A stretch of 64,000 bases of DNA from the NCBI GenBank assembly GCA_965645245.1, contig OZ287077.1, positions 1,302,001 to 1,366,000 of the forward strand. The letters run 5' to 3'. The DNA comes from Massalongia carnosa (Eukaryota). Position 1 is the stretch's first letter. Every line of letters starts with the position of its first letter. Below the pieces are notes generated by a model that made no database searches, was not told the origin of the DNA, and saw only the letters and a list, made by a program, of their open reading frames with translations. Both the position numbers and the translations under genes were made by a program. This document shows, in pieces, positions 48,876 through 62,752 of the stretch.

Positions 48876-51800
48876 GATGATGATGATGATAAATTCTTAC
48901 ACCAATATGTCACCGGCCGAAGGCCGGCCCATGCGGGCGTGGTTCTATATGACTATTGTACATAAGGAAACCTTTTAAGGAATAAAAACCTAGTAACCAA
49001 AATTATCGCCTGCGGGATCCCCATGACCCCTCAGTGTACCTAAATAACGTGTATCTGTGAGGTCCTTGAAAGAAAACGGAAAAGAACGAAAGAAAAGGGG
49101 AAGAAGTCAAACCTTTCAAATGCTGTGTCGACGGGAACTATCCGTACAGCATGGTCGCTGCAATTGAAAACTGTTTTAGTATATCTGCCCGCATTAACCA
49201 TGCTGTCAGCTTTTTCAATTTTGCGGAATTTTCAATTATCGTGCGATAATTGTTAGTTTTCACTTGATTAAATAATTCATTTCTTCCGTCTATCAGCTGA
49301 CAGTGCATGATGACGTGTTTGGCCGTCTGCCTTGGCCATCCACATATGCACGCCGGTGAGTTTACATTGGGTACCCTTCGGTTGAAAAGAAAGTTGGCTA
49401 GCCCGATTTTCTCCGTGCGAATTTCCGTTGCTAGTGAACTCTCCGCTTTTGCCAAATTGCTGTGAATTTTTAATCTCTTTTTGTCAAGCGAAGCTTGTTG
49501 AGCCTCGGTGGGGAGTGGAATGCGATTTTGATAAGTCGCCCATGTTGACTTCCATATTTTCATATGATGCTCCATGAGCCGCGTATGATGTGCCCGTTGG
49601 GCCGTTCGCGCTTCTCTCAGCTCCTTGAGATATTCTGGACTGGCCTCGTACCACGGGGGCGCGGAAGGCGGTAATCTGACGGCGGCCTCTCCATTTAAAA
49701 TTGCCTTGGCCCATGTGTGTTTCAGTTCTCCGGGTGTTGGCGGCGGAGTTTTTCTTCGACCCGCTCTTTCCCGTAGCTTATTAGCTATTATCTTGCATGC
49801 GGAGTTAGCGAGTGCTTTTTGCCCCGTGATTCGTAGTCGATATCTGGCTTTAGCCTGTAGTTGATCCAAATACACATCTATTGGGGCTATGTGTGTTTCT
49901 GCCTCCAGCACCGGTATCGGGGTAGCCTTGAACGCTCCGGCGACTGTGCGTAGGCATCTGTTCTGAATGACCGCTAATTTGGACGTTATAGATTTATTTC
50001 TATTTACGTCTTTCGGGGTGTGCCAGACGATTGAACCATATGTCATGGCCGGCCGCACCACCGCCGTGTATACTTGCCTGGCCCTAGCGAACGAAGCTCC
50101 CCAGGTAGACGTGGAAATTTTTGTTAAGGCCATGCTCTGCTTGACCATCTTCTCCTGCGTTTTCCGTATGTGAGCACCCCACTTAAGTTTGGTATCTATT
50201 TGAAGACCGAGTATTCTTATATCCGCTTTTGGTTTGATTAGGCTGTTTTCTATATTAATAGTAGCCGTCATATCAAATTTCTTTGGATTTCTAGATAAAT
50301 GAATAAGCTCGTACTTAGTCGGAGCAAATAAGGATCCGTGCCGTAGAGCCCATCTTTCACATTCTCTGTGAATTCTTTCTAGCGTTCTGCAATTTTCTTG
50401 CGTGCTTTTCCCATATGCTAGTACATTGATGTCATCGACGAATCCGAGTCCGCTCGTTTTCGTGCCGGGCCTGTTACATATGTCTAGTAAATCCGCATTG
50501 TAGAACAAATACAGAATGGGAGAGATGGGTGAACCTTGCGGAATTCCGGTTCTCGCATCAAACTCGTCGGTGGTTCGTCGGTTGATCGTAAGAGTGGTCC
50601 TTCTGTTTTTCAAAAAGCATTCTATCCAGTTGGTGACCCACTGTGGAATTTTTCTTCTTCGAAGATTGTGGATCAGTCTTTGATGCGAAACCGTGTCGTA
50701 CGCGCCGGCCACGTCCATGCTGAGCAGCGTGGCAACTTTATCATTACCTTGACCCCACACTGTGTGAATCTGTTCGGTTAACAGCTCTAGTGCTGACTCG
50801 GTGGACCTTTCCCGTCTGGCTCCCATCTGGGTGCCTGGTAGTAACTCGTGCTTTTCGGCCATGTGAGTGATCTTGCTTGCCATGATGGCTTCCATCACCT
50901 TGCCTAGCGTATTCAGCAGTGCTATCGGGCGATAGGCCTTCGGCGTTTCGTAATTGTCTTTGCCCGCCTTTTTCAGCGTTATCGTATGCGCTGTTCTGAA
51001 TGCTCGCGGGTGATATCCCAGATTTACGCACGCCTGAAATAGAGGAGTTAACAACTCGGTCAGCGTCTCAGAGCACGCTTTGAGAACTCTATTGGGTATG
51101 CCATCCGGTCCAGGAGCCGTGTCGGGTTTGAGGCGTAGAATGTTCGTGAGCACCTCTTTCTTCGTTATGACTGTTGGGCACTCCGAGGCTGCCGGATAGA
51201 CCGACCCGGGTATGTCCTGTAGATCTGCCGGAGGTGGAGCAGGAAAGAAGATGCCTTTCAGCATTTCAGCCTTCTCTTCGAAGGTGTTCGCGCTGTGATT
51301 GTTGAAAGTCAGTGTTGGCATTTTTGGTGTTTCGCGCGCCTTGTGACTCTTGTCATTTGCCCATTTCGCCAGCCGCCATATGCCCTGAGATGATTCAGAC
51401 GCTTTACTGATCTCGTTTCGGAATGACAATGTTTTGGCTTTCTTGATTATCTTTTGCTTTTTGTCATTCGATTTCATGTACGTTTTCCAGTCATTGATAT
51501 TTCGAGAGGCTGTCCAAATTTTTCGAATTCTGCGTGTTTCTATCATGGCGTTGTTGCAGTCCTCGTTCCAGAATGGTTTTGCATAAGCACTAGGCCTTGC
51601 CCATGGAACGGCCGCAGATATTATTTCATGTAAGAACTTTTGTATTTTATCCGTCTGTCGATCAATCTCCTCCACTGTGTGAGGAAGTGTTATCGGGGGA
51701 GCGTTGCATTCTGCTGTTCTCAACTTTTCCATGTTCAGCAGCTTCCAGGCTCTGCGTTTTGTCTGTGTTAGCGTCTCACTTTCCAAAGAGATGCGGGAGG

Positions 51801-52245
51801 ATATCGGAATGTGATCGGATGACTGATTGAGTTCTGGTCTTGACATGCAGTGAATTAGCCTCTCTGTTAGGAATTCTGACATGAAAACCAAATCGATGGT
51901 GCTGAATGAGTTTCGGGCTTCCCATGTGACGGTTCCATTGGGCAGGGTTAGCGACAGATTGGCTTCATCGACTATATCTAGCAGCTGATCCGCGGCTGCG
52001 TGTTGCGTGGGTCTGGTGGCTCCATTCCAGAAAGGATGATGTAGATTAAAATCCCCGAGTAAGATGTGATGAGCGTCGGCGGAGAGCTGGCGTTGAGCAT
52101 CTGGGAGGGTGGAGGGGCTGTCTCTTGAAGAATATGAGGTGGGTGATGGATTATAGACGTTGTGAATGTGTATTTCCTTGTGGCTTCCGTCATTCTTGCG
52201 GGGGTGCAATATCAATGTGCATATGTCAGCGGTTGGAAATTCTAC
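48876..52245 (-). mobile_element. LINE-D: 5'-truncated LINE, open ORF2 frame (52215-49138, partial EN, RT, CCHC, no RNase H), (ATC)n tail
   Basis: 13-bp TSD TGAAAAATGTTAT at 48863-48875 and 52246-52258; GDFNLHH, FVDD, CICGW..KHVIMHC. Confidence 0.95.
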
Positions 52246-54057
52246 TGAAAAATGTTATAATAGTAGTTATACTAATAATAACCCATCTGCTCCTGAATAT
52301 CATCCTCGTCGCTGTCGTCGACATCGTCGCCTACTTCCTCTTCTATTTCAAAGGCAACGAAGTCTTTTTGTAGACCAATAGAATCACCTTCACCTATAAA
52401 TCGTAGGTTTTGATCTCCTACAGTATTCATCATAAAGATAGTTTCTGTCTCTTCCTCTTCATCATTGAATATATGAGTATCTTTTACTCCTTTCTTCGTC
52501 TTTCTTTTGGTCTCTTCCGTCTGCCAAGTAATGTCGCTCGCCTTCCAAATGGCCTCATGATCACCAATGGGATTCAACATTTCATCGGATATGCTAACTC
52601 CCTGTTTGCGAGGTCTTTAACATGTTTTATTCTGATATTTTCATTCTTTCTAGCGATAACACCTTCCGCGTGTACACTATCTCTTTTTATTCGCCATGTT
52701 CTCATGAAGTTGTTGTGTTCTCGTTTCATTTCTATCTGCTCATCTTTTGCTGTCTTTCAGCAATTGCTCGTTGCGCATCCTCCTTCGTGAGTCCTTATCC
52801 TCCGTCTGTCGAGTAATTAGGTCTTAATCACTTGCGATTAGTTGCTCTTTGTAGTAATTCATTGCTTCTTCGCTCATGATGAAGTGATAATTCGAAGTTC
52901 GTAAGCGTCGATTTGGCAACAACTTCTTTCGTATTATTCACGACTTCCTCCAACTCCTGTTCCCGGACTGGATCACTCTATTGTGTATTATCGCGAATTT
53001 TGGGTAGCCATTCAAGTAATCCTCTTTCAACATCATCGAACGTTTTAGGTTGAATTCGTGGCAATGTTGGAAGGGATAATGTTGAAAAAGAAGAAGAATT
53101 ATTCTCACTTTGCGAAGGTACAAACCTCTTTAGCTGTTCAGTGCATTTCTTCTCATTAATAGGCCACATTCTAGGATCTTTCAAAGGCAGATTGAATAGT
53201 GGATTTCTTGAATGTGTTATCTCGTATTTTGGTTAGATCTTGAGAAAATCGAGTTATTGTATACTCTACATTGAACTCCGCAATCGCTTCTTGAATGGTC
53301 ACATCATGCCAATATTTATAAGGTTGAAACACTCCTACATCAAGCGGTTGCATACAATGCGTCAAATGTGGTATCAAAGGATAAGGACGAATCTAGTTTT
53401 CATTGGCAAGGTTGATGAATTCAGGAGTAACATGACTACCGTGATTATCCATGAGCATCAACTTCCAATCACTCTCAGATCCTGCATCAGAATTTTCAAT
53501 GTAATGTTGCAGATATGTAATCTCTATTTTATCTGATATGAATCTATTTTCTGACGAAACAAGTCGAGTTCCTTTAGGCAGTTTATCTGCAAACCAATTG
53601 CTCATCATATCATGACCTTGTATGACAAGTAAAGGAGGTGGCGGATAATCACCGGCGGCGTTTATATTCTCGAAAATGGTGATAGATTTTCTATTCTCAG
53701 GACTAATAGAATAATACTCCTTTACGTCTGTTGGAACCAAAATTTCATGTCCCTTCATGCAGCCAACTCGAAAACCAGCCTCATCAAAATTGGTGATATT
53801 TCGTTTATTCTTGATATTCAGCTCTCGAAGAACCACCCGATAATCTGCGAACCATGCTTCAACGTCCTTCACTTGTCCCGCCGTATAGCGAACGACTGCT
53901 AGCGGTTTAGTCTTAATCTTATGTAAATGGTTGGATTTCCACCATGTTCTAAACCATCGCTTAGTAGGACCTTTATAATCAGCATTCTGACTTCGCTTCA
54001 GACTCTTGATCACGTTGAATATCAGTTCATGCGTCGGTTGAACACCATATGTAAGTA

Positions 54058-55838
54058 ACGTAATTGCCACCTATTCGGGCCAGCCACCTACTCGGGCCGC
54101 CCCATCAAAATCCATTGGCAACCTAATTCTTTTCCATTATCATTCATCACCACCATCCAACTATATTCAAATGAATTCAAAATTAGATGTATCAGATTCT
54201 AATACTCGTTTAGAATTAGCTGTTGAATATTTGCGGGAAAATCCTAATGTATCACAACGAGAAATGGCCCGTATTTATGACATTCCTCGATCGACGCTTC
54301 AAGCTCGTTTACGGGGGAGACAACCTGCAAAATCCTATCATCAGACTATGCAAAGACTATCCGTACAGGAGGAATAAGCACTGATTACATGGATTGAAAG
54401 AATGACTGCATGGGGCTGGCCCCCTCGAATTATATATCTTGAAGGCATGGCTAAGTATTTGATAGAGGCCAAAGGGGATCGAAAAGCGCTTGGACACCAT
54501 TGGTATAAAAACTTTTTGAACAGACATCCTGAATTCAAGTTAAAATACAATAGAAATTTGGATCAGGTCAGAAAAGACGCTAGCGACCCTGTTATCATGA
54601 AGGATTGGTTTGATTTGTACATGACCACTCGCGAGAAATACGGTGTCGCAGATGCAGATATATATAACATGGATAAAAAAGGATTTGCCATGGGCATTGC
54701 GGACAGTTCTAAGGTCAATAATAAGAGGTAATACAGCACCTTTCAATGTGCATCCAGGAAACAGGGATTGGGTCACTTTAATTGAGTGTATATCCTCTCG
54801 CGGGAGTATTCTTCCTGCTTATATCATATTTCAAGGTGCTCAGATTCAGCAAGCCTGGTATGCAGCCATTACGGATGAGAAAACAACTATTCGGGTCGGT
54901 CCCAATGGATGGGCGGACCGGGAAATAGCTTTGCATTGGTTAAAAGAAGTTTTCCATCCACAAACAAGTCGCACTCAAGGGGTTTATAGACTGCTGATTT
55001 TCGATGGGCATGACAGTCACATCACAATGGAATTCATGGAGTTCTGCGATCAAAACAAGATTGTACCCTTGTGTCTACCTCCTCATTCCACCCATCTATT
55101 GCAACCATTGGACGTGGGTATTTTTGGACCATTGAGTAAGGCCTACAAGCAATTAGTTTCCAGCAGATCTCGTTACGGGGCCGTAAACGTCTCGAAGATG
55201 GAATTTCTAAATCTAATTCAGGTCGCAAGAAAACAAGCCATGTCCACCACCAACATCCTGAGTGCCTGGCGAGGAACAGGTCTGGTTCCGTACAAACCTC
55301 AGCATGTTATAGGCAAATTACCTAGACCAGTCACTCCTCTATCTTGTCGCGACGTCAATAATGACACTCCCAAAACGACCAAACGGATTCAAGAGGCCAG
55401 CGACGTTTTGTTGACTCGTATGACTCCGTCTCTCCGCGCGCATGTTGATGTTCTAAAAATAACCGCTTTGAATGCTGTTGCTGATAGAATTATTTTACAG
55501 CATACCAATCAGGAATTGATTGCCAAACAGGATCAACGACGTCAAAAGACGTCTAGAAAAGGGCATGGAAAAGCAAAAGTGCTGACGGTGGGTAAAGAAC
55601 GGGAGTTGGTAGAGGAGAAGAGGCAAAAGGATGAAGTATTGGCCAACAAAAATGCACGATATCATGCTTTAAATGGGAAAGTGAAGTTCGCGAAGATTGC
55701 CTGGAAGGAATTGGCCATGGACAGTGATGTTTTTAGCTAGTTTTGATGTTGATAGAGGTAATGCGCTGATGGTGTTTCTCTATTTGGCGATGATGGTGAA
55801 ATTTGCGGGTGGCCGGCCCGAATAGGTGGCAATTACGT
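54058..55838 (+). mobile_element. Fot1/pogo transposon P3 (related to P1); transposase 54171-55740 with a stop at 54375 and a frameshift near 54720
   Basis: TA TSD, TIR ACGTAATTGCCACCTATTCGGGCC, protein collinear with P1. Confidence 0.94.
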
Positions 55839-57239
55839 TAACGAGCAAATGAACTCATGTATTGCTTTGATCTGATGCTTCTCCAATATCTTATTATGTC
55901 CTCCTCTCTTCTCGACTTCATTCGACGCGGCTGTTTTAAGCAAGTAAACTTTGTAAAGTGGTACGAGGAATGTCAAATATGCGAGCAGCGTATATCTTGC
56001 TTTCAAGTGGATTTTCTATTAGAAACTACTTAGCATCATTCAGACGCGTGACAGTATCATTACAATCCATGATTATGATGATAATCAATAATGAAATAGT
56101 TGATGTAGTCAAATGCGTCGTGTTGATGGAATGGAAATAAAATTGCTTTCCGCCGGACTTTGCTTTTCCCGACTAGAGGCGAACGCCTCGAGTCGGCCGA
56201 GGTAAGCGAGAGACTAGCCGACGATTACTAGAACTAGGACTCCTGCTATGTTCGCTATAGGTCCTGCCGTCCGCACCACGCTTGGTCGAACCGTTACAAT
56301 AAAAACATATCCTAAAATAGATTAGTGTCATAACCTTAGGTTGAATACACTTAATGAATAAATAAAAAAATTAAATTATTTTCAACTGATGACTGCTAGA
56401 AATGACTTGAATCTCTAAAATTATGTACTCTGATATTAACGAGATGCAGATCTGCCTTAACGAGTACCCGCAGAACCCCCTACACAGGGACGTGTTATTG
56501 ATTCGTGACAATGTGTTTTGTGACTATGTGTTTTGTAACTGTGTGTTTTGTGACTGTGTATTTATAACTATGTTTGATGAATGTATATTTTGTGACTGTA
56601 TGATTTATAAATATATGTTTTATGTCTATGTTTTGTGACCGTGCTTTCCTCGATTTTTATTTTACAGGCCGGGCCTGTTAATAGAGATATTGTTATTCCG
56701 CTCCGTAAGGGAGTTTTCTTTGAGGTGGTAGCATTCGCCTAGGTGTTATGATCTACCTAGAGACAAGTCATAGAGACACTAGGAACGAATACAATAAAGA
56801 TAAAGAAGGATAAATACAATCGACAACCAGAACCTGCTCCTATATATCCTCTACTGCGCTAGTACCCATGTGGTATAGTCGTCATGGAACCTTCTAGTAG
56901 CTGCAGGAACGAAATCGAAAGTGCCTGCGTATTCCATCTACGAATGCCCTAGGCGGTGCCAAGTACCGAGGTCGTTGTAAGGAAGCTGTCGTCGATTCTA
57001 ATCAACCGCTATTAAACCAAAATTTATCTACAAAAGAAGAAAAGAATCATTGTGCGCGACTCACGAGAAATATCTGCACCGAGTGTCGCGCTAGCCTCGC
57101 GTGCTCGCGTGCTCCCCTTCCATCTCAGCCTTATGTCAGGCTAGGACCCTGACACTATCCCCCTTCTTATTGGCGAGGTCTCCGAAGCGCTAAGTGGCAG
57201 GCGCCCTGCCAGCTAGCCTGATTCTTGATTATCATCTAT

Positions 57240-60200
57240 TTAAGTTAGATCATCTGGTGGTTTGGGTTTCTGTGGATGTTCTCGATGATATTGGAGGATT
57301 TTGTCCTTTGAATTCTTGAAGTCGGTCCATGGTTGCCAGTAAGGGTTCGCGTTCCGTTCATCCCAATTTCCAATGAAGGTTGCTTTGTACTGCACGCCGA
57401 ACTTTCTTGTTTCGCGGCAGTCTATCATTTCGAGGACTTCCCATTCTTCGTGGGCCTCCTCTTCGTCGTTTTCGGTTATGGCTATGGGCGGTCCAGGCGG
57501 TAAGACTTGTCCTGGGAATGGGTTGGAAGGTGCGAGATGTAGCTTCCACGGATGAAAGATGGGGGTAAGCCCGACGTTCTTTAACTGATCCGGGATCTCT
57601 AATTCGTATGCTTTATTGTTAATAATTCTTATTATCTTCTATGGTCCTATGTTCTTGAAGCTTAATGATCTGCTGGGTCTTTCTGAAGCAAAGTGCTTGG
57701 CGTTTACATAAACCATGCCCCCGATTTTGTATTCGGGGTGAGGTTGACGGCCTTTGTTTGCGTGTCGTGTTTGTTCTTCCTGAGCCCAGGCTAATTGATC
57801 TCGGAGCCAGGTTCGCATGGCTTCTTGCCGTTCTATGATTTTGTCAGCATGCAGTATCTCTACTTTTCCTTTTCTTTCGTATGTGCCTGGTGGTTCGATG
57901 CCACAGCGTGGGTGGAAGCCATGGTCTGCGAAGAATGGAGTCATTCCCGTTGATACATTTACATGATTGTTGGCGGCAAACTCTGCGTCTGAAAGATAAT
58001 CCATCAAGTTGTCTTGTGTGTAATTGACGTATGCTCGGAGATAATTTTTCATTACCTTGTTGGCGTTTTCGGTTTGACCGTCTGTTTCGGGATGATGTGC
58101 AGATGAGAATTTGATTCTCACCCCGTATCTTTCGCAAACTCTTTTCCATAAGTGAGCGGTTAGTTGACTACCGCGATCGTTGACTGTTGATATAGGAAAT
58201 CTGTAAGAGGAGAATAATCTCCTGGACATCGCATCCATCAGTTCATCAGTAGAGAGAGAGGTTAGTGGTTCATATAAGCGTCTTTTCGTTAAACGATCTA
58301 CTATCACTAATATGTGTTGATAGACTCTGTTTCGTCTTCGGCATTCTGGAAGGAATTCGACGAAGTCCAATGACACGTCCATCCATTTTCTATTTGGAAT
58401 GGGAAGAGGATTCAGCAGGCCTTGCTTCTTGTCGTTGTATGCTTTTGATCTTCGGCATACGGAGCAGTTAACTGCGTATCTCTTGCAGTGATCCTTCATT
58501 TCAAACCAGAAATAATTTTCTCTCATTATCTGATACATAGTTTTGTATCCCGGATGGCCCTGTAATGGTGGTTCGTGATGCTTTTTCAGTAAATGTAGCT
58601 GCAATGGCTCGTAATCTGGTACGTATAGTCTTCCTTTGACATACAGCTTGTCGTTTTCTAGTTTGAGGTCCCCCATTGCTAGCTTTATTCCTCTTTTTAT
58701 GAGGTTCAATGGGAGTTTCCTCAGTTCCTTCCTCTTTGCTACTACTATATCTTGAACTGTTTCGTCTTTTTCGTAAGCTTCTTCAATTAGTCCCTCCAAA
58801 GTCTTCGTTACTGAGCTCTCGGTCTCGTCGATCACTGATGTAGGTTCTGCGTTGGGTTCCTCCGATCTTGTTGTGTCTTCCTCGATGAATTCGCTTTGAG
58901 TATCTTGATTGTTATCGTCGTCGTCATCGTCTTTCGCTGTGTTTGCGCAGAACACGACTGCTAACGCTTTTCGTACATCGTCATCTAGTTGATGCTCTTG
59001 AAGCATCATTTGAAACTGATGTTGCTCTCTGATATCTTCGAATCCTTTCGGGAGATCTTGAGAGCGTCGAGTAAGCGTATCCGGTTTCTCTCCTTGCTTT
59101 CCCGGTCGATACATAATCTTGAAATTAAATTCGGAAAGAAATTCGGCCCATCTGGCTTGCCTTCTGTTTAGCTGCTTCGTGGTCATGAAGTGCTCTAAAT
59201 TCTTGTGATCGGTGTATACTTTAACAGGTTTATCAGGAGCAGCACTTGCAACCTCGGGGCGCCAGACTTCGAAGCTCTTTACAATAGCGAGGAGTTCCTT
59301 ATCATAAATCATATAGTTACACTCGGCAGGGGTCATCTTCTTGGAAAAATAGGCTACCGGTTTCAGTACTCCATCGTGCATTTGAGAGAGTACTCCGGCG
59401 CTGACGAAATCTGAAGAGTCAGTCTCGACCCATGTTTCCAGGGCCGGATCGTAATGTGCTAAGACGGGAGCGGTGGTGAACGCAATTTTTAAATCTTCGA
59501 AGGCCTTTTGACAATCTTCAGACCATACAAACGAATTATACTTGGTTCGTTTCTTTCCTGATTCCGTCGTTATTTGTTCGCCCTTTATTAATTCTGTTAA
59601 CGATCTCGTCCGTTGCGAAAATCTCGATATAAATCGTCGATAAAAATTCGCAAAGCCTAAAAATGCTTGCACGTCTTTTACGGAGCCTAGGGTCTCCCAT
59701 TTCAGAATTGCCTCGATTTTCTCCGAGTACATCTTTATTCCATCGGTGGTAACTATCAATCCAAGATACTTTACTTCCGTCACAGAGAATTCGCATGTGT
59801 CTATGTCCACTTGCAGTCCTTTCTCCTTCAATCGAGTTAGAACTTTTAACACTTGTTCGGAATGCTCTTCTTCCTTTTCGCTATAAATTAGGACACCGTC
59901 CAAGTACGCAGTGCAGAAGACGTCTAAGTATTCTCTGACTGTATCGTTAATGAAGCTCTGAAAGGTTCCCGGAGCGTTGCAGAGACCGAATGGCATTACC
60001 AGATATTCGAACTGACCATATCTGGTATTGAAAGCCATTAGCCATTCGTGGCCTTCCTTCATTCTCATACGATTGAAAGCGGTAATCACATCCAGTTTTG
60101 TGAACTTCTTGGCTTGTGATAGTTTTCCCAACGTTTCATTTATCAACGGTATTGGGTACCTGTTCTTGATCGTGATGGAGTTTAAGGCTCTATAATCTAC

Positions 60201-61249
60201 GCAAAATCTTAAACCACCCCCTGGTTTTCTAACTAAAAGAATGGGGGCTGCTGCGCTTGACGAACTTGGACGGATGAAGCCTTTTCCCAGATGCTCGTCG
60301 ATGTATTTTTTAACCGCTTCCAATTCTTGTTCTGATATGGGTTTATAGTTCCTTACGTACGGAGCTTCTTTTCCCGCTTCGAGATTTATCTGATGATCCT
60401 CCTTCCGGTGTTCAGGCAGTTCATCCGCCTTATGCTTCATGGAAATATCTATTACGCTGTGATAAGCTGCTGGGACTCTCTTCAACAACTCCTCTCGGGT
60501 GTATTCCGGTTTTCCCTTCATGAACTTGTCGTAATCTCCTGATGTCACTGCTCAGGTGGTATTTGCGCAGAAGGCCTTCTTTGTTTCTCGAGGAATCCAT
60601 AGATAGCCGTCGTGATCCTTCTTTCTGGCCATTCGAAAGAAGTGTTTTGCGTTGACTGGAAGAACTTCGATGTCTTCCTTAGGCTCGATCCTATTCTTAA
60701 CCTTGCTTTCCACAGCGAATTCGGTGCAAGTTATCCCTCGTGTAAGACATCCTTTTTCAAGACAATCTGATGAGTTGAACTTCATCGTTCTCTCTTTCCA
60801 ATTGATCATTGGGTTGTGCGTTTGCAGCCATCCATCCCCTAAAATGACTGCATACGCTTCTAGTTTTGCCAAATAACATAAGACTTGCTCTTCGTGATCT
60901 CCGATTTTCACGTCGATCAAGGCGGCCTTCGAGAGGAGCTGTACTACCTCTCCATTTCCCAAAGTAAGTTTCACCTTCTTATCCAATTTGAAGGTGTTCA
61001 ATTTGTGTTTACGCACAAAGGATTCGTCAATGAGTTCAGCTTCACTTCCATTATCGATAAGTAAACGGGTTTAATTCCAGCTATGCTAGTTTTAAAAACT
61101 AAATACTTGCCCTCGATTTTCTTTTCAGTATCGCGGACAGCACAAGTAGAGACCCTAATCATTTTCGTTTCAGTGTCACCGTTCCCATTTACAACCTCCT
61201 TGTTTGTAAGCCCTTGATCGCGATTTCGATCAAGGACTAGGCTTTTCCC
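57240..61249 (-). pseudogene. G2 pol (PR-RT-RH-IN-chromodomain), disrupted; RT active site reads YLDG
   Basis: LIDNGS, GLRFCVDYR, MPFGLCNAP, ETDSSD, GHPG..CSVC, DGQTE, EEWEV. Confidence 0.92.
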
Positions 61250-62752
61250 CCCTCAGATTCCGCTCCCGAATCTGTTTCTACTGTTCTCATGGTGCTCAAA
61301 TTCTTGTCCCTGTATTGAGGACAAATGGTATCGTTTCCTCGATGTCCTGATCCCCTGCATGCCCAGCATCGGCGTTGACGGGAGAGGGACTCGCGCTCGT
61401 CGTCCTTCAGCTTCTTTAGGTTTGGGTCTGGATCATACCAGGTGCCTACCCAACCGGCCGGTTTGACTATCGTTGGCATCAGTTTCGCATTCGGCCGATC
61501 ATCAGATTTCTTGGAGCTGGTTTGATTGATGGAGGATGAGGCGGACTTTCCGCCGGAGGACTGGGTTGAGGATTGTCCGCTGGAGAAGTTGCTTCGTTGG
61601 CTGGAATTCTTCGTTGCGGCTGGTTTATCGGGACGAGGAAAGTGGTGCGCCACATCTTTGCGGCGGTCTTCGATTCTTCGTGCTTCGTCAAGTAAAGGGC
61701 GGAAATCAGTAAAGACTGAACCCATAAGAGAGTTGGAGATGCTAGGCTTTAACGTTACGAGGAACTTCTCAATTCGCTCGTCAGAGTTTTGGCTTTCTGC
61801 CATAGCTTGAAGATGCGGTGATAATACTCGCTGACGCTTTCGCCCCCTTTCATGGTGACGGTGAGGAGTTCTTTCTTGGCGTCGCGACTCTGGAGGTGAA
61901 TGCCCATATAGTGCTCTATCTCTTCGAATAAAGCGTCGGCCGATACTGAGTCTCCCATATCCACTATCCAAGAGTGCATAGCCCCGAAGATCGGCGCTTC
62001 CATTTGAGACAGCGCGTAACCGACCTTTTCGTTCTCATCGGCGTAGAGGGGTGCGTCTGTCTTCAGTTTATTGCGGACGGAGTACGCCCAAGGGCTATAC
62101 TCCTCCGAGTCCTCACCTTTAAGTGGCTTGCTAGGGTTTATACCACGGGGTCGCCAATTCTGGGGGTTGGTGTTGGTGCTTCGGGTAGTAACGGTATCTT
62201 CTCGTTGATGACGTGGTGTTTCCCGTGTTTCCGCTAACTGGCGGACCAGGGAGTCTATGTCTTTCTGTAATCTCTCTTTTGCTATAGTCATTGCCTTCAA
62301 TTCGATATCTCTATGCGATAGTTCTTCTTGCGCGAGAAGGGCCTCTCGTTCGGCATCGTCTTTTTCCGTGATGAGACGTTCATGTACTTGTTTGTAACGT
62401 CTGTTGATCTTTTTGGCCTCGCCAAGCTTCTCCAGGTCGCCCTGCAAGGAGATGTATTTGTTGAATAGGGTCTTGTCGTATTCGAGCGCTCTCGCGAGGA
62501 AGTCATACCATCGGGGTCCTTCTTTCTCGTCTCGCAAGATGCTCTGCAATTCCTTCAAATTGTGTGCTGCAACGTGGGACGGATGTTCCGCGGCATCCTT
62601 CTCGTAATATGGATGATCGGAGACATCGATCTTCTGAAAAAACTTCTTTCCTTTTTCACGTCCTGCTCTTGGGGTTTTTCCCACGTCCCCTCCGTGGTTT
62701 CTTTAATCTGTTCGTTCTGAGGTAATTCGGAGTCTTCAAACGTTCCCGGCAT
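61237..62752 (-). pseudogene. G2 gag, frameshifted
   Basis: Coiled-coil region, MKGGESVSEYYHR, knuckle CWACRGSGHRGNDTIC. Confidence 0.85.

Larger units (their letters stand above)
48721..56225 (-). mobile_element. pogo-like DNA transposon P2 with ~70-bp TIRs and a degenerate transposase (~56070-52272), hosting LINE-D and P3
   Basis: TA TSD, TIR ATCGTCGGCTAGTCTCTCGCTTACCTCGG.., motifs NFDEAGF, MDNHGSH, QPLDVG. Confidence 0.93.
37804..56298 (-). mobile_element. TRIM (non-autonomous mini LTR element, ~570 bp net): LTR 37804-37974, internal 37975-38202, second LTR in three pieces (38203-38213, 48632-48720, 56228-56298)
   Basis: TGTGAC..GTTACA 171-bp direct repeats, TSD ATAAA at 37799-37803 and 56299-56303, non-coding interior, purine-rich tract next to 37975 on the minus strand. 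Confidence 0.9.
37763..56370 (+). mobile_element. LINE-A ~110-bp 3' UTR remnant (37763-37803 plus 56304-56370), split by the TRIM nest
   Basis: The two halves join to give the LINE-A 3' UTR (ttataaagggttgattta..|..aacatatcctaaaatag..aatgaataaata). Confidence 0.88.
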
